Origin: Bigelowiella natans CCMP2755
Taxonomy: Eukaryota > Protista > Cercozoa
Length of the DNA: 64,000 nucleotides
Assembly (NCBI GenBank): GCA_000320545.1
Contig: ADNK01002159.1
Location: 1 to 64,000, forward strand
Direction: 5' to 3'
Below, piece after piece: positions 55,307-64,000 of the stretch (positions are counted from its first letter, which is position 1; each line of letters begins with the position of its first letter). Below the pieces are notes generated by a model, which saw only the letters and a program-made list of their open reading frames with translations, was not told where the DNA came from and did no database searches. The position numbers and the translations under genes were made by a program.

Positions 55307-55734
55307 TTTGCATCGAGTGCGACAAGAAATTGGGTTGTCGTAGGGAATAATGGTAATGGTTTTTGTCTATGCGACACGCTCAAAGGAGTTGTCGTACGAG
55401 CAAAACGCGACATCGCCCATCGATCGGCTGTTCGCCGTTCTTCTCCTCAGGCACGGAACAGCCATTTGGTATCAGCGGGGCCCTCATTCATCCCCCTCCC
55501 CCCTTGTGCGAGCTGCGATCAGCTCTGGGATCTTTTGGATTCCGGTCGTTTTTCCGGGGAAACAAGAGAATACGGGTCGAGTCTTGCATGGATCCCTGCT
55601 GAGGGGTACGGCCATGTGCAGCTGAAAACAACTGCTTGCGCACAAAATATCAGCAATCTGAGGCATCCTTTCATTGGCCAGGGGTTCAAAACCGAAGATA
55701 TATACAGCGAGTCGGAACATAAGAGACTCTGGTG

Positions 55735-58119
55735 ATGAAGCTTATTTTTCTAACTGGCCTCCTGATTGCGATCAGCCCTGCATTTGTGAGCGGGCAGACA
55801 CATAATGGAACAGATATTGACGTTGGAAGCGCCCATGTAAATCCGATGCCGTGGGGGCTGTTACTGATGATTTGCGGCCTTATCCTCGCGGCAGGCGCCG
55901 CTATCTTCTTCTTCTGCCTGAAATTCCGCGGTAAAAGCGCAGGCTACTCTCTCAGTAGCGTCAACGGAGGAGGCAGGGAGTCGGCTCGGGAGCAGGCGCT
56001 CGAGATGAAACAATTCCACCCAAGTCGTAATAACAAGGCGGCGCGCCAAGGCCTCCGCGACCAGGGAGGCTATGAACTAGGCTCGAATCAGATCGAGGAT
56101 GATGAGGAGAATGAGGATGGTGAGGACGAGGTGGGGAGGTTGGGCGGCAGGAGTAATTCCCTGAGCTTGCAGGATATCGATATGGAAAGAGAAGAGACCT
56201 TCGACGACGCGCTCAATTCCGAGGAAAAGGTGGATGATGATATTGATGTCCTGATCGATTCTGAGGGGGGGGAAACAGGACCGGCCTTCTCAGCGTGGGG
56301 AAAGGAAAATATAGCTCTGTATGGCAATTACGCGGCTCTCGGCTTGTGCGATGGTTTGATAAGCGGCACATTGCTCCCTTTCTGCTACAATAGCTGGGAA
56401 GACCAGCCCAATAACACGTGTGCAATGGCACGATCCGTCGTCAGCTTCGCCTGGGGAATCAAACTCTTCCACGCATTTGTGTCCGAGTCCTTTCGGCCGT
56501 TCGGGCTGCGAAGGAAGCCGTACATCGTCGGGGGGTGGGTCGCAGGGCTGCTCGTGCTGCTGGTCATCGCGATCTTCGCCGACTCGCTGTCGTTTTACCA
56601 GTACGTATTCTTCTGCGCCGCCTTCGATTTCTGCATCATGTTCGCGGACGTCAACGCGGACGGATACACCGTGGAGCTGTCGCGCCTCGAATCTCCGAAG
56701 CAACGGGGGCGCATCCTTGCCGACGGGCAGCTATGCCGTTTCACCATGTCCGGGTTCGCAGGACTCGTGCAGAGCTTCCTGCTCAACGGCCCCAGCACCA
56801 ACCCACCGGGAGAAGGTTTCGAATGGGGACTTACAGTCTCGCAAATGTATTGGATGCTCTTCTTCATATGCGCCCCCTCCCTTGGCGTGTCGTTCTACTT
56901 CTTTCGGGAGCGACAGCCGGGGGGGGGCGAGCATAGTGACCGCGGCCGAGCGAACGACAGCGAGCGATCGGATCGTAAAAGGGAGGATGATGAAGACGAC
57001 GCGTCGTCCCCGGAAACAAGCCCGAAGAGCAGCCGTAGTTATCACGATGAGAACGTCACCATGAGGAAGCTCTTTGGAATGGTGTGGGAGGTGATGCACA
57101 ACGTCACGGTGCTGATGATCATGCTGTGGAGTATTGGGTTCCAAGTCCTCGCGTGTGCGCCGAACAAAGTGGGCACCATCATGCAGGGGAGCGTTATTCG
57201 TCTCTCGCAGCTGCAATGGGGGGTACGTCGTACACGCACGCGTATGCAGCATAGGCATGCGACTACACACACACACACACACACACATATATTTGTGTAT
57301 AAACATCTTTACTTGCGTGTGAGTGGGTGTGTGCGCCATGTGATCTTAAATTTGCAATATGCCTTACACACCGCATGCAACAATAGCAGAAACAATTCTA
57401 TTCGCCTTTCACATAGGTTGTTGTTGTTGTTGTTATTGTTGCTTACTGCCGCTGCTGCTATCGCCCAGATCGATAACATCGTGAGCTATCTCCTGTTGAC
57501 TATTGGTGTCTGGATCTTCAAGAGCTACCTGCGAGACGTCAACTGGCGCTGGACACAGCTGATGACAACGGCCCTCATCGCAGGCCTGAACATGCTATGG
57601 TTCGTGCCCATTCTCACCGATTTCCGCAACGGGTGGTTCACGCTCATGATCGACGGGACAGAGAGCCTCGCGCAGGGCTTCACCCAGGTTCTGATCTCGA
57701 TGGCAGTCATCGAAATCGCGCCCGTGAATCTCGAGGCCACCAGTTACGAGCTCATCATATCTGTCAGCAACAGCTTCATCGCGCTGAGCAGCCTCGTCTG
57801 GACGCAGCTGATGAACCCCTTCGCTCTAGCGGATATAAGTGAGGAGAACGACGACAGCTCCGCCGATACCCGCATGGCGCAATACACCTTGCTTATCTCC
57901 ACAGCCAATATCTTCGGGGCTTTGACGTTCATCTGGCTCTTCCCTGCCAGTAAAGAGGAGTGCGCGAAGTGGAAGCGGAAGGGTGGGCGGAGCACGGCAG
58001 CCGCGTACGGCACTGCCATCTTCACCTTCGTCTGCATCACATACACTCTCACCTTTTCGGTGCTCAATATGATCCCCACGACTGCATGCCTAGAAATCGT
58101 TGGAGGTGATGGTTGCTAG
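55735..58119 (+). CDS. BT1/folate-biopterin family MFS transporter with N-terminal SP-TM-acidic extension; one intron at 57223-57468
   Basis: FAWGIKLFHAFVSESFRPFGLRRKPYIVGGW, FADVNADGYTVE, EIAPVNLEATSYEL and about 12 hydrophobic segments. Confidence 0.85.
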   Translation: MKLIFLTGLLIAISPAFVSGQTHNGTDIDVGSAHVNPMPWGLLLMICGLILAAGAAIFFFCLKFRGKSAGYSLSSVNGGGRESAREQALEMKQFHPSRNNKAARQGLRDQGGYELGSNQIEDDEENEDGEDEVGRLGGRSNSLSLQDIDMEREETFDDALNSEEKVDDDIDVLIDSEGGETGPAFSAWGKENIALYGNYAALGLCDGLISGTLLPFCYNSWEDQPNNTCAMARSVVSFAWGIKLFHAFVSESFRPFGLRRKPYIVGGWVAGLLVLLVIAIFADSLSFYQYVFFCAAFDFCIMFADVNADGYTVELSRLESPKQRGRILADGQLCRFTMSGFAGLVQSFLLNGPSTNPPGEGFEWGLTVSQMYWMLFFICAPSLGVSFYFFRERQPGGGEHSDRGRANDSERSDRKREDDEDDASSPETSPKSSRSYHDENVTMRKLFGMVWEVMHNVTVLMIMLWSIGFQVLACAPNKVGTIMQGSVIRLSQLQWGVRRTRTRMQHRHATTHTHTHTHIFVYKHLYLRVSGCVRHVILNLQYALHTACNNSRNNSIRLSHRLLLLLLLLLTAAAAIAQIDNIVSYLLLTIGVWIFKSYLRDVNWRWTQLMTTALIAGLNMLWFVPILTDFRNGWFTLMIDGTESLAQGFTQVLISMAVIEIAPVNLEATSYELIISVSNSFIALSSLVWTQLMNPFALADISEENDDSSADTRMAQYTLLISTANIFGALTFIWLFPASKEECAKWKRKGGRSTAAAYGTAIFTFVCITYTLTFSVLNMIPTTACLEIVGGDGC

Positions 58120-58672
58120 CATGTCATTCATGCGATGCTTCAGGGCCGTTATTAAAATGAGAATAACTTCGTTGCACAAACGTCTCAGGGTAGCATGCAA
58201 CATGATCTTCATTTGAAATCGTGCGTAGCTAGGCAGTCTTGCAATCACATCTCACCGTATTGTTGCTTTGTTTTTGGTTACCGATACGCAAATGACACAG
58301 CAAAAGCATTGTTGTGAACATTATTTGAAATTTCGCGCGAAAGCTACAAGCAATAGAACAACAGCCAACGATAACACATGTGTTTAACATGTGTAGACGT
58401 GTGGATGCGCCATGGTCTAGCCCGAAAGTGTTGCATGCGTTTGTACATTGCATGATCTAGCTCGTAGCACTCGTTGTGTGGACGATGGTTGCACATAATT
58501 CTTACCGATGCGAAGCTTGCTTATACAGAACGAGTATAAAAAGTTGCGACTTGTCAGCAGCACTACGGGAATGTGTGTAAACGGCGTATCGTACAGCTTG
58601 TCCCGCACAGCACAGAGCAGTGCCCACGAACACGCCAAATTCATATAAAAAGACTTTTGGTACAATTTTTTA

Positions 58673-59430
58673 CTACTGTAATATCTTCATTCTTCTCCTA
58701 ATCATTTTTAATTTGCACTTGCTAGCTTGCAGTGGTCGCTTGCTGCTGCTTTTGGGGCATTGGCCATCTCCTATTGAGCTGGCTGCTACTTGTAGAGTTC
58801 CCACCGCCGGTGTTGAGCAGACACCGCACGTGCACGGATTCCTTGTCGTACCGGCCAATATTAAGATCCAACCCTTATTACGACAAAAACGATAAGGGAA
58901 GATAGCAGTAGGTTCCTCATGACACACACGCGCGCGCGCGCGCGCACACGGTGAAGAAGAGGTGATCGGTGCGTCTACCGTCCGCAATGAGCAGAGACAC
59001 CTGCTCCGCCTTGTCCTGCTTCAGAAAGCGCAGCTCCGCCTGGGAGAACGCAAACATCATTACACGCGTTCACGAGAGCATTTGTCACGCGGAAGAATAA
59101 TAAAACGACGACGGGGGACCTGTGCCTTGGAAGATAGGGATTTGTGGCAGTGTACGCGGTTATCGCTTTGCCGGACTACCCTGCACACAGGCATCCCGTA
59201 CTTCGGGTGACGCACCACGTGTGGTAGCTGCCTGCTCACCCACGCGCGGATGTAGCGATTCTCGAAGCCACGGTCAAACTCCATCCAGATCGACACGTTT
59301 ACCGACTCTGCGAAACAATGAGGGGGGAGGGGGGTGAGTGTTGCGCTCGGGCGGAGGGGTAAACTGCGGAAAAATCACTACAAACACGAAGATCAAACGA
59401 TGACTTTCATATGCACTCTGCAGTTCATTG

Positions 59431-59478
<48 letters not shown>

Positions 59479-60655
59479 GCCCCTTTCCCCCTCTTTATCT
59501 AGTGATATCGGGGGCGTGAAACCTGGCCTGACGAGGCCTATTCTGAAGCTTTGGACAAAACTCATTATTGAGTTGCCGTCGCAAGCAGCTTGGTTGAGCT
59601 TGGACGAAATCCAGCTCTGCCACCCGTACATCTCCGACATTTTGAAAGGAGCAGACTGCCAGTGCAGTGAGTGAGTGAGTGAGTGAGTGGTAGATGTGGG
59701 GGGGGGGGGGGGGGGGGTAAGGCCCAGTATTATTCAAAACGACACTGAAACCGATGTTTTTGCTTTTGTCCTGCTACATGCATCTAGCGACATCGCTGTG
59801 TCTGTGCCGGCGTGGGAATATTATACGTGACGGTTTATCCCTCCCGCCCCCGCCCGCCCCCCACACCACCGTGTAAACGATCTCGATCCAGGCGTTTTCC
59901 CTCTCCGAGTAGTCGTCGTCCCTGTTCTTAACTTCCTCCTCTAGCGATCGTTGCATCTTGGACGTCTCCAGCGCGGATGTTGACGCGCAAAGCAGCTCCT
60001 TCACAATCATACTGTCCGCCCCCACCTTGTCGCGGATGCAGTTTACTAGCGGCGTGCTGAGCCCGGACACGTTCATGGACAACTGCACCTCCACGCTATA
60101 GCCCTTAAAAGATAGACGGATTTGATTTAGAATAGTTGGATTCTGGTGGGTCTCTATGGCAGGACATCTCACGGTGCACATATCACGCTGTCCCTCTCCT
60201 CTCCTCCTTCTCCTCCCCTCCCCTCCTCATGCTCGCCATACGGTGTTATTGAATGCCTTCATCAACTCCTTCCTAGTCTTTCTCCTCTTCTTTTCCTATC
60301 GAGTGAAACGTGTGTCACGTAGCATTGCAACAAGCGGAAACAACATTGCACCGGGAGAGAACAGAGAATGGGAAGAAAAACGCCGACAGAGAGAGGGGCA
60401 GGAAAAGGAAGAGGAAAACCATCATTTTTAGCACCTTTGCAATAGAGTGTGAAGTCGCGTCCTCAAAGCGAAGCCGTTTCAATCGCGACGCCGTTTTACG
60501 GGGTTCTTTCTTCTTTGGAGGTAATCCTAGTCGCTGTAAAACACAATGGTAAATAACAATAAGGACAACAATTTCGGGGAGATAACGGCAGAATAGGTGA
60601 CAGCAGTAGACGCATTCTACTTACCTAGAGATTCAATACGTGATTGCTTGAGAAT

Positions 60656-60699
<44 letters not shown>

Positions 60700-61160
60700 C
60701 TCCCCCGTTCGCACGTAAGTTGTGCTTTCTTTCTTACTCGCTCACTATATCCGCTACCTGCCTCTCCAACTCCTCCCCCCGCTCCTTCTTTCGCTGGTTT
60801 TTCTTGATCCCGTTGGCGATGAGGTACTTCCAATCATCGGGGTGGAACCGCTTCCACTTGTAGTACATGATCTGAATGGTCTCCGAGACCTTCTGCAGGG
60901 CCTTCTCGATGGTAGGCTCGGAACTGCAGTCGCTCTTATTGAGCAGCACGCTCGGCCGCTTGTTGTTCCGCATACTCCGGAGCGCCTCGGGGTGGCGGCT
61001 GGCGAAATCTGTGCAGGAGTTGAGGAGGTGTTTGCGGATCTCGGAGAGATTCATCTTCCCGGCCTTGAGACCGTCGTAGACGAAACGGACGGGCGTGCCA
61101 CAGTCGCAGTTCCTGATTGCATGTATTGATGATGACCAATCGTTAAACGGCATAATGCAT

Positions 61161-61199
<39 letters not shown>

Positions 61200-61404
61200 T
61201 CTCTATACATGTCGTTGTCTTCGATATTCATACACATTATAGTACCATTTGCAGTTCTTGAATATCTCGTCCTTTCGCTTTTGCTCTTGAGGATCCTTAG
61301 GCTCCGGTTTCCGCAAGTTTGTCGTGATACTGCTTTTATTTGAGCTGGATCTATTCTGGCCTAATGTTATGTTTACAAGCCGATATACACAAACACGGAA
61401 ACAT

Positions 61405-61451
<47 letters not shown>

Positions 61452-61465
61452 ACACTCATATTATA

Positions 61466-61537
<72 letters not shown>

Positions 61538-62950
61538 ATATATATTATATTTGCATATACTGTTTAATAGTAGCGCAATAAACATGAAGATTTGAGCGCT
61601 GCATCTTCGCAAAAATGAAAGCCACGGTGGAATTACTCAATGCTACCGTAAGGGAGCGCAACTTGGGTTGTAGTTTGATACTGGCCCTAATAAAAGTCAG
61701 CAGAGGACGAGAAGGAAGATGAGAGGAACAGTTTAATTTCGCGGAGGAATTCAGACTGGATATATTGGAGACCACCACGCACCTTATAATTATGATCGGG
61801 ATAAAATGTAGCTTGCTTCGATAACGGGGTCTGTGCTTTTACGACTGGCTGAAGCCTTTGAACCTCCCCTCTATTATTTCTACCGCCTGAGTTTGCGTTA
61901 TTTGTCGCCGAAGCTTGTACTTTGCCGGGCCCTCCCCGAGCTTGAGATCCACTATAATAATAGCCGCTGCTCCCATTAGCAACTGCCGGATTTGGGAACT
62001 CCTGACGATTTGCGACTGCGAGAAAATATTTCAGAATGAGGCGAAGCATTGACACAGGCAATAAAATTACCATTTACTACAGGTTGAGCTCCCTGTCGAT
62101 GAACCGGATATTGGTGTTCACGTCTACCACCCCTGGCAGGGTTATTATTCCTCTGTGCAGTGACTTGTGGAGCAGCAGATTGCTGTGTTTGGGTCGTGCA
62201 ATGTGTCCCGCTGGTATTTCTTGTCCCCTGGAAACGAGTATTTGTGGCCTTCCTAGGAGGATTTCCTGTTGGAGGATTACCAGGAATGCTGCTACTGTGG
62301 GAAGTCCCATGTGAGACATTAGTCGATACTCTTGAGTGGATATTCGGGGTGACAATGGGTTGACTTCGAGGCTGCTTGGGGCGAGGCTGAAGCTGAGAAT
62401 TATTCTGCTTAGGTTGTGAACTTGACTTCACAATTAACCTGTCTGGTTGTTGGACGACTGGTGATGGTGGGGGAACCACTTTTGACTGCATCTGTAATGC
62501 CATCTTTTCCTTATTACCGTCGTTGTCCTCCGTCTTGAGTGACCTTGAGTCTGAGGTCTTTAAAGTTTTTCCCCCAGAAGGAGAATCTTGCGATTTTATA
62601 TTGCTATTTGCACCAGCTCCAGAGCCAGATAATTTATTATCTTGTGTCTCGAGCTTCATTGTAACTGCCTGGGGTTTGGGAGTCTGATTTGGATTCATAA
62701 CCTGGTGAAAAATTTAAAAATAGGTTGTAATTACTCTCGAAATCCAGAGATAGTATTTTGGTGTCTCGAACAGTGTCTGCTCATTGTTTCGCGCACCCAT
62801 CCATTTAAATGTTACCTTTGATTCACATATTTTTTTTGAATGGCTATCGCTTGATTCCTTCTCTGTGGCAACGAAATCTCTGTTAAGGTTGGCTGGAACT
62901 TGCGGCGAAGTTACTTGAGATCTCGGTGACGCCTCTCCGGCACTTTTCAT
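58673..62950 (-). CDS. Hypothetical multi-exon protein: long Q/N/P-rich N-terminus, C-x-C..H-x4-C motif, folded C-terminal domain
   Basis: Chains ORFs 62950, 62698, 62073, 61237, 60181, 59640 and 59296 through plausible GT-AG sites. No family recognised. Confidence 0.6.
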
Positions 62951-64000
62951 TGCGATGTGGCCTTACGCAATGTATGATGCAGGACGCGTTTTATGGATTT
63001 GCATTAGAATAATGTGAGTCTCCGATGGGGGTGCAACCAACACCGGGCATCCGCCGATCGATTTAGATTTTCGTTCGTTGCACTATGTGGTAGTTTACGT
63101 CAATTCCACACCAAAAAGCGCAATATCTACTTGTCGCTTTGAAAAATACTACAGAAAGTATGTTCAGTGTTTTTCTTTCTAGAACGACATCAAGTTCTGA
63201 GAATTAGGTACGGCGACCTGCATCGCTTTTCAAGGAAAATATAGAATCCCAGGCCAAAACCAATGTCGTACATCGAAATTTCCAATAGATTCCTTAGCTT
63301 CACAAGACGCTTTGTCGGTAACGAACCGAGAAATAAAAGTCAAGATTGGAAAGGTAAAAATGCCATTGAGGCAAGTCGTACTTGAAAAAGAGGTAGGGTT
63401 AGCCGGTCGTATGTTTTGTGGTTGCTCTTTCGGGATGCTGAAAAAACTTCACCAGTGCAAAGAAGGGCGTTTTTCCTTTTTCGACCAGTTGCTGAGAAGA
63501 CGCCAAAAAAAGAGAAGCCACGGGTTGTGCAGCCAGCTTGGAGGGCGGAAAAGCGGAACGGGAGGGGCATGGAGAGGGCTACGAAGCTTGTCAATTCGGA
63601 GAAAGCTACAGAAAACCTGTCGCTACGCATGACCTGAGTTTCATCGTGGGAAAGCTTGACCACTGTGCAAATATCTCTGTCTGTGATACTATGTATGCTT
63701 TCGTCAACTCAAAGTAATGAAAAAAAATAAAAAACAATCTCCAAGTGTACAAGAGCTCGCAATGTAATTAACGGAGAGGGTTGTAACGGAGAGGGTTGTT
63801 CATCTGCTTCCATGGTATATTGATTCATACAGAGGTTATTTTGACCAATCCTTTTTCGGTTTGAAGAAATGGTATTATTCTGGTGACTCGTCGAAGAACT
63901 GTAACTCTATAAAGTGCTGCTTGTGCATTTACCTAGCTACGTACAGAACATACTTACGCATTTGTTTGTTGTACGTGGATCGGGCGCTACGCGCTGGGCG

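Noticed and set aside
63312-63663. Short ORFs at the right edge
   Set aside because: No motif or consistent exon chain could be established.

Overview
Eukaryotic nuclear DNA, gene-dense and intron-rich, with many microsatellites. Two genes carry signal-peptide plus transit-like leaders on homologues of plant plastid proteins, which suggests an alga with a secondary plastid (chlorarachniophyte-like; inference). The ORF track misses most genes, so I rebuilt them by hand from GT-AG exons. About 17 protein genes are supported: Kelch protein, alpha-kinase, zf-4CXXC_R1 protein, PPPDE peptidase, TOM1-like VHS-GAT, mitochondrial HSP60, Dabb, ankyrin-RBBP9 fusion, GT37-like fucosyltransferase, MBL-fold hydrolase, PGAP1-like lipase, NUDT14, HMG-like protein, ADCK1, NZF-DUSP, BT1 transporter and one orphan. 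Almost all sit in head-to-head pairs. The most striking signal is mutational. A LINE remnant at about 12.9-14.1 kb has lost almost all TpA dinucleotides, apparently by TA->TG/CA change: conserved Tyr reads His/Cys, Leu reads Ser/Pro, Ile reads Thr/Met, and CpG is retained. Related islands lie downstream of gene 3' ends; in the clearest one (2.2-2.9 kb) nearly every surviving TA is inside CTAG. This looks like a repeat-directed 'inverse-RIP' hypermutation process that spares CTAG. All counts are hand counts and splice coordinates are approximate.
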